A stretch of 64,000 nt of DNA from Diadema antillarum (lineage: Eukaryota). Positions within the stretch are counted from its first letter, which is position 1. The number at the start of each line of letters is the position of its first letter. The stretch lies in the NCBI RefSeq assembly GCF_040938485.1, contig NW_027270889.1, forward strand, positions 558,001-622,000, written 5' to 3'. Position numbers and translations under genes: made by a program. Below, in pieces: positions 11,301 through 24,728 of the stretch. The notes under the pieces were generated by a model that worked only from the letters and a program-made list of their open reading frames with translations, was not told the DNA's origin and did no database searches.

Positions 11301-14300
11301 TTAATTATTCGTTCGGCTGCGGCTCCGTATAGCTCTGTGGCCGCTATATACAGGTTAAAATCTACTGGCTCTTCTCTAAAGGGGGGTCAGTGGCCGCATA
11401 GGTGGCCACTATAGACAGGTGGCCGCTAAGGCAGGTTTGACTGTATCTAATTACATTAGGATGTTTAGGAATTTCTGAACATTGATTGATAAGATCATGA
11501 ATGTGAGACTTTCCTCTCGTTATGTGAGAGTGAGTTGAAGAAGAATAAATTTGAAGACGAAATTCGCATCAAAATTGAATGTTTGTTTCCTCTTACTGTC
11601 CACAGCTGTGAAGATGGCTACAGGGGCCCCTCGTGTGAGGATTGCGTGCCGTTCGAAGGATGTGTCCATGGAAGGTGTGAGAACCCTGGTGATTGTATCT
11701 GCCGGCCAGGATGGGGTGGCGTCCTTTGTGACACAGGTAGAACAAATCATAACAATTTATAACAAAAACAACAACAATAACTACAACAACAACAGCAGCA
11801 GCAGCCGCAGCAACAACAACAACAGCAACGACAATAGGAGCAGCAACAGCAATATCATCAAAAACAACACCAACATCAACATCAACAACGTCAATTGAGT
11901 AGCCGTAGCAACAGCAGCAGCAGCAACCACAACACAATCCACCCAAACAAGAGCACAGAGAAACTCTCGCAAAAGAGTATGCTTGTCCAGGCAGAAGCCC
12001 GTGGGCAACGACTCGGGTGTAGAGTCTACCTGTGTGAGAAAATCTTTGGTAGATATCGCCTTTCCCAAATTCCCAAATATGACATTGTTTCACATACTTT
12101 AGTCCCGACAAAAGCAATTAAGTGAACAAAGAGTTGAAAATCTGTAAACCGTATACCGATCACCTAACAATCTCTATCATTATCATCATTCCCTACAAGT
12201 TTCTTTTTTTCAATAATTGTTATTATTGTTATCATATAGGGTGGAACATCCTATTACCGGACGCTTTTCTTTGTGGCTTTGAATTCCGTACTCATAGAAT
12301 GAAATTTCGGCTAAAAACAACACCACTTATTCACAGACTCATGGAAATTACGAATTCAGCCAACTTACGTCATTTCTTCGTTCCAGTTTTTAGAAAATAT
12401 GCTTCAAACATACCCCTCTAAAAATAGTGGTTTTTTGCGCCGTGCAAAATCGCATTGTATTACCGGACGCTATTTTCGTAATCGAATAATCGAGGTCTTT
12501 CGCACCTAATCCTTGCACCAGAATCACAATTCATCCCACAAATCACCGTACACATTCTCACCGAGCGGATGACACAAAAAAAAAAAAATCTGCAAATGAA
12601 GCTCAAATTTCGTATTTTACAGTAAAATGTCTGTCTTGACCATTTCGAACAGTTCACGCAATAAAACCTTGTGAGAAATCGACAACTGGTTAGAGTATAC
12701 GTGCTTTGTCTATGGGAGCTGCACGCGCGGGTGATGAGTTGCGTGCCCCTTGCGCACAACTATTCCGCATCGTTCGCGTTTGAGGACGATAGCTACAATT
12801 TTTCCGATATTGATTAGTGAACTTTTGGTTCTAATAGAATCTTCAGCATTTTTCCTGTATATGAGTGGGATTTCATAGAATTTCAGTCGCGAAATGTGAT
12901 TCAAACATGCATAAATATTAACTATAAGCGAGGTGCGGGTCACTCAACTATAAATTTGAGGTAAAATGTGAATTTTTTCGTGTTTTTACATTTTTATGTG
13001 GCGTTTTTTGCGATTTCGGTCCACACAAAGTTCTGTGAGGGTAATCTACGAAGTCTCGCGCGTACAGAAATGTCATTAGTACGCAAAAATGTGCGTGTCC
13101 GGTAATACCATGGTGTCCGGTGACACCATGCTTGCCTATACTATTGCTATCATTACCATTACCTTATTACCAAAAATGCTACTGCTATGATGATCGTAAT
13201 CATTGTTGCTATTGCTGTTATCATTATTAACAATATTATCAGTATGACAATGATAATTGATTTTTTTTTCTATTTGTCTCGGAAAGAGCTCGTAAGCAGA
13301 TGTCCGGTTGTTGCAGCCCCTCCTCATGGGAACTTGACCTGCACGGAGGATAGGGTCATCGGTTCGGTGTGCACACTTCAGTGCGAGGAGGGGTACAGGG
13401 TGCAGGGGCCCCCGGACATTTCTTGCCTGGAGACAGGCGAGTGGGACACTTTGCCCCCACAGTGCGAGCGTAAGTGCACCCTCGAGTGAGCAATGGACTC
13501 GATGTAACGTCACATTGTGTCGAAGCTGACACAAGATGGCCATACCTTCGCAAGGTCTTTGGGCAAGGTTTTGGCTTGCCAAAAGATTTAACCAAACCAA
13601 ATCTTTTGGCTTGCCAAAAGATTCAACCACTGTGCATAAAGTTGCCGGAGTTTGTGAAACTCCACGGACGGTCATACGATCAAATATCCTCGTGAATGAC
13701 CCGATGTTTACACGATCAGAACCAATTCCGAACACTTTCTTTTTATTGTGTGTCAATCTTTCTTTGCTCGATTTCGGGACAGTGTGACGACTGCATAATA
13801 TATAGCCATACACGTATCCACGTATTGCAGGCATATTGATTTTACGTTTCCCAGCTTGGTCCTGACAAAAGCAATCATTGAAAAAATTGTAAACCGTTCA
13901 TTCATCCCGTATACTATTAGNNNNNNNNNNNNNNNNNNNNNNNNNNNNNNNNNNNNNNNNNNNNNNNNNNNNNNNNNNNNNNNNNNNNNNNNNNNNNNNN
14001 NNNNNNNNNNNNNNNNNNNNNNNNNNNNNNNNNNNNNNNNNNNNNNNNNNNNNNNNNNNNNNNNNNNNNNNNNNNNNNNNNNNNNNNNNNNNNNNNNNNN
14101 NNNNNNNNNNNNNNNNNNNNNNNNNNNNNNNNNNNNNNNNNNNNNNNNTCATTATCATCATTATCATCATTATTATATATCTATCATTAGAACAACACTG
14201 TCAGCATTTCTCCCTTTTTCGTATTTGTCTCGGAAAGAGCTCGTTAGAAGGTGTCCAGCTGTGAATGCCCCGCTTCGTGGAAATTTGACTTGCACGGAGG

Positions 14301-17300
14301 ATAGGGTCATCGGTTCTGTGTGCACACTACAGTGCGAACAGGGGTACAGAGTCCAGGGACCGTCAAACATCTTCTGCCTAGAGACAGGCCAATGGGACAC
14401 GATGCTTCCCCACTGTAATCGTAAGTGCGGTCCACGAACAACTGTGCGGTGGATGAAAATTCTAATGAAGGTGGTATCACATATCATCTTCTCGAGAAAA
14501 TCAATATGTGAGGCTAAAGCATTTTACAAGATTTATAGAGATAGAAGTTTTCAAATACCATGTCTCCATTCTTTGCGTCGTCCATAAATTAAGCCTTCAC
14601 ATTGATTTTGCATTCAGAGAATTTATTCAACAGCTGATCATCATAATAATGCGGAAGCTCAGTAGTGCCACAGAGAAAGTTTTTTTTTCTACTTCTCGAG
14701 CTTTTCGGGGCCGACAACGAAAGCATAAAACGAAATGTTAGATCTTGTCTTTTGGACTGAGAAAAGGGGATTGCTAGTAACTGATCAGTGGGAATCAGTG
14801 GGGATGCTGGGAGGTGATTGTTCCAATTCTTGTGGGATTCACTTAAGATTAGATTATACAGCATATCTATTGTTGTGTGAAAATTATTTGCTTCAGAACG
14901 GTCTCATATTCAAGTAATGTGCAGTTTAATGCCCCGTCACTGTGCAGGCCGCCTGATAACCTGGAAACATTAAGCTGCACATTACTTGAATATGAGACCT
15001 TTCTGAAGCAAATAATTTTCACACAAGTACTCCTAAATGAATCTCACAAGGATTTTAACAATCATCCCCCAACATTCCCACTGATTCCCACTGATCAATT
15101 ACTATAGCCATCCCCTTTAATATTTCCGGTGGTGAAATGATGAGAAGGCAAGATGCTATGGCTATGACATCTAACCCTCTCGACTTTTCGAACCCGTAAC
15201 CCTTTCTTTGCCAATGAGTCAAATGTGCACAAATTTTGCACACAAACCTATTAATAGGTAATGAAGGTGGCATTCAGAGTTTAAAAGTCAGGAAGGCGAG
15301 AAACTATCCATTCTTCTCAGAGGCACCTATAAGCTTCCGTACTGATTCTAAAGTTGCGTGTGTCTGGACAAGAGTCAAGCACCTATCCAATCACCATCTA
15401 GTCAACCATCAAGAAGGGGTAAAAACAACATAAAATTCTTAGAAGTGTTTGAATTATTCAAGGTCTTCTTCCGGACCTATTTGTAAAATTGGTTAATAAC
15501 ATGATTTGTTTTAGTGAGAAAACTAACACCCCCAATAAAACCCAAATCGCCTTGTCATTATCAAGGTTTTACTGCTGTATTTGATGGCATACGATTAAAT
15601 ACATCTTAGGTCATGCACATGCATCTGTCGATTTCCGCCCTGTAGGGATCCGGTGCCCTCCATTGGAGCAGCCAGCCCACGGAGAACTGATGTGTCCTTC
15701 GGGAAACATGAGAAATGTTTTCGATGCCGTCTGTACTGTCGTGTGTGACGAGGGCTATACCAGGCAGGGCCAGAGAAACTCCGTCCGTTGTCTTGAGACG
15801 GGCCAGTGGGACTCCACGGTGGAATGCGAGAGTGAGCTTGAAAAGTTTGAATCTTAACTTTTCTAAAATGTTTACGTTCATCATTGATCTCAACATCAAG
15901 ATTTTACGATTCAGGCAGGAGGTACTAATAATGGCTAAGTTATGGTTTTCCTTTAAAATTAGGGCTCCTCTCCTCCAACAAAGTCATAAGTTATCATTAC
16001 CAGAATTTTGATGGTCTGACTTTCTCCAACGTTATCGGATTAAGACTAGTGAAGAGTCACATGTCTGTGATGCTATCGGAGTAATTAATTTGGGAGACGG
16101 TCACATTTAAGTGGTCTTTTGACGCGTAACCGGAATGTCCAAGATCTATGAATTCTCGAAGAAAAGATGATTTAGATTTAGAGTAAAAATTGAGGTTTGT
16201 TTAAAATCAAAAGATTTTTTTTTCTTCCCACTGTTCATATAGTGAGGTCTGAAACATTTTGCAATATGTGTGTACATATGTCGTTTTGGTACACATCAGA
16301 AGTTTTGATCGGAAGTTAATGAGAGAGTAACGTGATCGACAGTATCATATCCTCCAAGTCTGTTTTCTAAACACGTCCTGTACTAACATCTCGTGTAGAA
16401 ATTGAGACAGCAATTTATCATTGCAAAGCTTGGAAAATTAGAATAACAAAAGCTGAAATTACTGTTTGGTGACCTAATTGGGCTTTTCTGATGTCATGAG
16501 AGAGATTGAAGTTGAGAAAAGGAGGCACGAAAGAAAAATTATTATCAAGTCCATCGTCTTCCAAGTAGATAATAAGATTTTGTTCAAACTTAATTTGAAA
16601 GAAACTTGATGCAACTGAACAACTTGTGACAGAAGAAAACAGTAAAGATGAACAAAAAACACTTTCAAACATTACTAGCATCACTTTACTATATCGGCGC
16701 TTTTTTGTTCTCGGGTAATCAGATAGTGTTTCATTGAAGCTGTCCTTTTGTTTTTGTCTGGTAGTTGAGCGTTGTGACGTTCTACCTCCACTTCCCCTCG
16801 GCAGCATGAAGTGCACCCAAGATAACGTTTTTGGTTCCACTTGCGTCTTTGCGTGTGACGATGGTTTCCAACTGAATGGACCTTCTTCCAGGGAGTGTGA
16901 TGCGTTTGGCTCCTGGTCGCAGTACCAGCCAGTGTGCGAAGGTGAGACTATAATAAGGCTTGACATTCTGGCTAATTCATCCTCTCCTCCTCCCCCTCCC
17001 CTCTCCATCCCTTCACTATCATTCTCTCTATCTAGGCCCCCTACACATGTCTTCCTCGACAGACAACAAGCACTACCACCCCTTCCTTCACCTCATTCTT
17101 CTTCTATTATTATTACCACTANNNNNNNNNNNNNNNNNNNNNNNNNNNNNNNNNNNNNNNNNNNNNNNNNNNNNNNNNNNNNNNNNNNNNNNNNNNNNNN
17201 NNNNNNNNNNNNNNNNNNNNNNNNNNNNNNNNNNNNNNNNNNNNNNNNNNNNNNNNNNNNNNNNNNNNNNNNNCTATTACTACTACTACAACTACTAGTA

Positions 17301-20300
17301 CTCCTCCTGCTAACGTTACTACTTCTACTACTACGACTACTAGTACTATTTCTACTACTACTTTCCCCTTTCTTCCCTTCCCCCTTCACACGTCTTCGAA
17401 GGTGACCCTCTTCGCCTTTATTCATCATCTGCCCCTCTCCCATCCTCCTATGATGCTATGCAAGCCCATTTCAGTTTAGAGAGAAGCATTATTCTCAGTC
17501 ATAAGCTGTTTTATGTTTATGACACTCAGTACAGCAACGACTTGCTCTGTTCTTTGCTTTCCCTCGTTAGCTGTTCGCTGTCCTCCGGTACTCCCACCCA
17601 GCTTCGGGATGATGACCTGTACGAATGGCGCAGGCCTTGGCTCGGTGTGTACCTCCAGGTGCGGCTTTGGGCACCGACTCATCGGAACCAACGTGACAGA
17701 GTGTGTGGCCGAAGGCAGATGGACAAATGACCTGCCCAATTGTACCGGTAAGAACAAGGGGAGAGGACTGTCTCTTTTTATGTCACAAACTGCCAAAACT
17801 TGAAATGTTTCGTATTTGTAATACTGCATTGTATACTGTCTGTGGCACAATGTGCGTTCATTAGCTCTTACAATATAGCATTATTCCATTTCGTAAAACT
17901 TGCTGGGCACAATCTTTTTTTTTTAAGACTTAATCAGATATGCACGCGATAAACGGGACTTGGCCATGGTGACATCATCATGATCATTTGTGTGAAGACA
18001 TAATGTACCTGACAAAACAAAAAAGAATATGCAATGCATCCACATCAGTCCAGAAGGTCAGCTCTCCGTGTGTCATCATTATCCAGCTTAGATATCAATT
18101 GGGCAACATGTCTGTATCATTCTATACTTCATTTTGTTCTTCGATACCTTGACAGTAGGGATGGTAGATCCATTGTGTTCTCGAGGTCGATTGTTCACCA
18201 GTCAGGCTATAAAACAATTTGTCTGTCTGTCTGCCCACCTGTCTTGATTTCGTTTCCATCTATCAACAGCCTAGTCAGAATTGAGAAATTACATGTATAT
18301 TGATGATCTAGGTGAAGTGTGAGAGGGCAGTTGAGTGAGAAGTTATTGAACAAAATGTGATGAAAAGTCAGTGTGGTGGAGCTGAAGGTCATATTCTAAA
18401 AATGTCACCATACGTGAAGCGCGCGGGTCATGCTCAGCCTGCGCTTTATGAGATGGAATGCTGATCATTATGTCACACCTACTCCTCCTCCTTGACCTAA
18501 GAAGTTGCTTTGCTTGACCCAGCATAGAGATTCCAATCCAGATGCCATGTATGATATTTTTACTCTCTGGTACTCACAGATGACCGGTTGCCAGAGTAAT
18601 CAGTGATACGGCACCTCAAATAATAAAGTATTTGAAAGTGTAGAATCTTAATGTCAACTCTTCCTCCTCACAATTTCTCCCCGAATGTTCTCAAGTTATT
18701 ACTTGTCCACCGCTGGAAGAGATTCCAACCAATGGACAACTTGCCTGCACAATGGGCGGGCTGTATGGCAGCCTCTGTAAGTACACCTGTGACCGTGGCT
18801 TTACCGTCCACCCTCCAGCAGCATCGCTTCGTCAGTGTTTGGCAGACGGCTGGACCGGAGAAGTGCCAGAGTGTCGAGGTAGGCGGGAGCTGTCTAGGCG
18901 TCCAGCCCAATATCAATGCTTACCGAAAATAAGTACCAGCCTACTTTATTTTCACGTTACTCTCTTCAGAGAAATAAAAAGGACGTGGTAAAGAGATATG
19001 TGTGTATATTGAGAGGGATGTAACTTCCGCTTTCCCGGTATGCCTCCATAATGAAGTACAGGTGTCGCAGATAACAACGAGGATTACAGGGGTCATCTCG
19101 GAATACACGTCATCAAGTTCTTCAGTCCCCTAGGCACCACCTACACCTTGGGTCCGTTTCATGAAAGTCTTATTAGAGACTTCATAAAATGAATTCACTT
19201 CTCTTTGAAAGTTTGGCCATTTTGAGATGTATGCAAGACTCTTATGTGATAACTTCACGAAACGGAACCGGGTTTATAATTCAAATTAAATATGATTTTA
19301 GCTGGCTGATCTTGAGAGGGTTGATTACGGAAGCTTGTGAAGTGCCACCAAGAAGATGAGATAATTTTACCTTGCCTTCTTGACTTTTTTCTTGTCCAAG
19401 AAAGCGAAAGACGAGATCTCGTCTGCTCTCTGTTTATGTCAGAGTAGGTAAGAAGACGAATAATGAGGTGTCCTCTTTTTTATACCTTTCATCTTATCTT
19501 CTTACGGACTCAAAAAGGCGAGATGACAATATCTTCCATCTTGCTTTTCCGACCCGCGAAGACGAGAAGACGAGATGGCGAGCAAAACTCGCATTTTTCC
19601 TGCGACGTATTCTGTTAATCATGTTAGTGACATGGAAACATATCAGCATAGGGAAAGGTGCATTCGCATGTCTTTCGTTAAAGTTATTAGTAATTAAGCA
19701 ATAATCGACAGATGAAGTCAAGTGCAGAATCTTTGTTTGTAACCCTTTTTGCGATCGTGTCAAAGTAGTTTGCAGACAAGATAGTGTAGAAAGTACTATG
19801 AAACAAGTGACACGTAGTTGTATATTCGTTTGCCACATGCGTGATGTTGAGGGTATCATAAACAAACACATGTCAACATGCTTGGCATTACATGGTATAG
19901 TTCTTTTAATACTTCGTCCCCATCCTTTCTAAATGTTTTTTACACCCCTAACCATGTTATAAACCATTCTCGGGTCCGTTTGTGCCCTACCACTCTCCCC
20001 GTAGATACCATGAAGCCCGTCTTCCCGTCCTGTCCGGTCGCCTTGTTCTACGTTTCGGACAAGCTGCAGGAGACCGCTGTTGCCTTCTGGCAGAATCCTG
20101 TGGCAACCGATAACTCCGGAGAGACCATCAGGGTAGAACACGTCGCTGGACCTCTCCCCGGTGACTCCCTTGCTGGCGGTTCGCACGTCGTGGACTACGA
20201 GGCCAAAGATTCTTCCGGGAATACTGCTTTCTGCAACTTCACCATATTTGTCAGAGGTAAGATGGGAATTGCATTTTTTTAAGTGAGGGTATCACCAATA

Positions 20301-23300
20301 CGTAGGTGCCGTGCACAGAGCAGCGTTTTAGATGCATTATGGGATAGCACATGGGACAAACTTGCCCCGGTTTTGGCTGCGCATGCACTTATATCACGCT
20401 CTGTCTTTATAAAGAGGTATTTTTTGTTGAAGATTTCTTCGCTTTCCATCATGTGACCAGCACAATGAAGCCTTGCAGTAGTGAGCCATGACTCTAGTGA
20501 CCGCAAATCAGTAAAGCTTAGACACTTTCAACTCTTTTAAAGGGATTGTATAGTTTTGGTTGAGACCTTATTTCAGGTTTCTAACATTTTTGGTGAGATA
20601 ATGAGAAACCTCTTATAAAATATGGAAGAGCATGTAATTCTATGAGGAATTCAACGTTCATTTGATGAAAATTGGTTTTGAAATGGCTGAGATATCCAAA
20701 AAAGAGTGATTCTAATAAAGTGTGGGACCCACACTTTATTACGATCGCTTTGTTTTACTTTGTTTTTGGATGTTTCAGTCATTCCAAACCCGATTTTCAT
20801 CAAATAAACTTTGAATTCCTCTTAAAATTGTATGTTCTGTACTATATCATAAGTGTTTTCTTCGTATCTCGCAAAAAGTTAAAAGCCCAATTCTCATCTC
20901 CACCAATACTGTACCATCCCTTTAAGCTGAATTATAGCCAAGAAAAAAGGGCTAGCAACTGAAAAGCAGACAAAAAAAACTCCATTGAATCGTATGGGTA
21001 CTGCGACTCGCGTGAGACAACCGGAAGCGAACAAGGGACCGAGGAATCCCACAGTGCACCTGTGACAGAGCTCTTCAGCGTGCGCAGGAGTTTTTTACGT
21101 CATTGGCGATAGCGAGAATTAGGTGGCAACATCGATCTGTGTTCATACTCAGCTTCGATGAACAGAACAAAGCGAAACAAGCAGAACAGGGAAACATTGT
21201 TCGAGTCAAAAGACAGTGCCTTGAAACGATCATTTTTGGTCATATTGGAATGTACAAATTGAATGAGGTAATGATAATATCACTCCACATGTGTCTGCTG
21301 CATCTAAATTGTTGTTTCTTTTTTATAAAATCAATTACAAGAAAACATATTTCTTATCGATTTCCTTGAGAGCCGAGAGTGTAGCTATAACGACTTTGTA
21401 AAGTGAGAATTATATAAACTGCAAAATTGATTACCAAAAATGATTATCGTAACAATTTTTTTTTTTATACAAAGCAATGGCAGAGTTCCATCCTATCCTT
21501 GCTTCCTGAATCAACGATTGTATCTAATTTTCACACTCTGCAAGCCTAACAACGTTTTGTGTTTGAGTCAACTTGATATCTGGTCACAGATTCTTTCTGG
21601 TACAATGTAATTGTTCCAGTCGTAAAGAGGAAAGACAATGGTGATAGCTTGATATAGACCTCGCACGCATATGTAGTTTCTGAATGCTGTTTTCATCAGC
21701 TTTTGGGGGAATAAAATTATAAATGTTCTTCAAAATATTGTGCATACCATACTCTGGTTTTTGTCTGATTACCACAAATTTCGCTAGTCACATAGTCAAC
21801 GAAAGAGGTAAAAAAATGGCCTCCAAGAACACATCGTAATGTAGATGGTCTCCATGCAGAGAAATCGTCAACTTTGCTTCTTGAATCATTAAACAATACT
21901 AGCAATTGAATCATAAAGAATGTTTTCTTTCTTTGATTTAAAAAAAAAAAACACCACACAATAACAATGATGACCAGTCATCCGATGTGCCGAGCTGTCG
22001 AGTAGCGATAGCATGTCTATCAGCTGTTCCCATGGTAACCTGCTGGATTCTGTCTGTACCTTCTCGTGCGAGAGACCCGGAAGTTCTCTGGTTGGAGTAG
22101 AGTCGGTGCAGTGTGTCTACGAGAACGAGAATACTCGATGGAGCAACCCACTGCCCTCTTGCACAGGTGAGCACTCACCCAACCGTAGACGTGGTTCAGG
22201 AAGTTTGAACCTCAAACCTTGTCTCTGTAATTTTTTTTTTCTCCCTGAATTCGAACGTAATGATTCTTGAATCTGGAAGACACGGTATACGCAGGGGTAT
22301 CATAGAGTTTGAATGCTGATCCGGTTCGGATATATTCAAGAATCCCCCGTAATGAATTGTTCTAACATCGTTATTATGATTATATGTAAGGAACACACAC
22401 CGCTGGAGAATTTCGACTGAAGTCGACCGTTACCCGCCGGTGAGCGTACGCTTTGAAGCACGTCACATTTGTTGCACATCCATTCGAGCCAACATCTCCC
22501 TACATTACAGGGTGTACAACTCAACGCAGAACCTTGCCCATGATATTTTTTTTTTTACTACAATTACTTGTTTCCATGAATACGTGTCGGTCACAAACAG
22601 GAGTGTGATCGTTTCCATTCATAGCTACGAGATACTTAATTTGACTTTTAGCACACTTAGGAATCATTTTTACTTTGTGTTGTTTTTACTTAAATGCAGT
22701 ATAAGGAGCCTTTATCATCATGATAAATTATGTACATTTACAGGTCTTCAGCGTCCTGTCTTCAGGGATTGTCCGATGTCACAGGTGGTCGTAGCCAGTA
22801 ACAATAGCGAGTCAGCCGTAGTGACTTGGGCCCCGCCCATAGCAACGGACAACACCCTTAACGTTATCCCGGCTGTCCTCGTCATCGGACAGGGACCCGA
22901 GAGCGAGTTTGACGAAGGACTGCACATTGTGGTGTACAAGGCCAGAGACGCTTCCGAAAATCTTGCCTGGTGTAACTTTACCATCACAGTGCAAGGTAAG
23001 CGATTTATCATTAACAAAATAATGTTTGATTCCCACCCCCACCCCCTCCCCGCCCCTTGGTAAAGGCTCACATTCTAATTCACACCTTACAAGCCAAGAG
23101 TAACTTAGACCGGTTTCGCAGCATACGACGTGAGAATGAAAATGTAAAAAGAAAATAAAACAAAGGAAAACACCCTCTCCATTTTCCCTTTCTCCCACAC
23201 AACAAAGCCTACGTGTCTTATATCATCTTACTGTCATTTATTCTGATAGGTTCGGAAAAGCCAGTTTCTATATCATATTACATATCTTTTTAAAACTGAA

Positions 23301-23963
23301 GATCTCCTCTTCAGAATGTGACTGTAAACTAATACTTCTATTCCACAGAGATTGTTTTTTTTCCTCATCGGTCACTTGTCGTTTTGTCATTGGTCTCTTG
23401 TCGAAAGCAAAGTTTGTCGCTTCCGATAATCAACAATTGACTCGACAGTCAACCAACACAAGGCGGATTCATCAGACCGCGATTCGATAAACTTCGGTTG
23501 GTGGTCGGAAGCAACAAACTTTGCTTCCTACAAGAGAACGCTGAAAATTTTTATTCATTTATTTATTCTTTTTTCTTTTGTTTGGTTGTGTTCGTGATGC
23601 AGGGCAGGGTATATTTTACTTTAAGTAACCTCGTTGGGTAATTTTTTTGATTTTTCTTCTCCCTGCCATGCCTGCAGTCATACGCTGCCCCAGCCTTCCT
23701 CAGCCTGATGTTGGAGCAATAGAGTGTACGGGTCAAGTTCTTGGGTCAGTGTGCACCAAGGTGTGTCCGGACAGGTACGGACTCCTTTCTGGACCATCGA
23801 CCGTTGAATGTCTCAGGAACGAAGATATGGGCATGTGGTCAAACCAGCTTCCAGACTGCGTTGGTAAGTCCTCTGGAAACTGGCATGACAGTCGGCATAA
23901 CACAAATACAACCTGATTAAGAAGTGCGCCCCCATAATGCCACTCCCCCCCCCCCAACACACC

Positions 23964-24021
<58 letters not shown>

Positions 24022-24681
24022 TAGACATTTTTGATATTTTGTTCTTGATCGATGGTGACGGTTAACTGTTTTCTATCAGGTCAAAAAAACCCCCAAAAAA
24101 CAGTAGTCCACGGTTCCCACAAAGGAATCCAGAAAACCGTCAGTAACTTGAAGTAATATATATTCCTCTTTATACTCAATTGGTACAATGTTTTTGGAAA
24201 AAAAAAAATTCTACTCAAATTTTGTGTGACTTTATCAATTTGTCATAGTGGTGGGTTAGACAATTATTTATGTTCTCCTCACTTCATTTCTCTTTTTGTC
24301 TATGAATCCATCCATCCACCTTTATATCCATATATCCACCTATCCATCAAATCATCTATCCATATTAATCCTTTCATTGTTCTATCCATCAAACCATCTA
24401 TCTTTGCATCTATCCATGTATCTATGTATCTATGCATCTACCTACCTACATATAATCTATCTATCTATCCATCTATCTATTCATCTATGCTATCCAATCA
24501 TCTATCCATCCATCTATCTATTTATCTATCTATCTATCTATCTATCTATCCATCCATCCATCTGTCTATTCCTTTATTATATTAATTTATCCATCTATCT
24601 ATCCATCCATCTATGTATCTATATCCATCTATCCAATTATCCGTCTATCTATTATCTATATATCTATCTTTCTATCTATCG

Positions 24682-24728
<47 letters not shown>

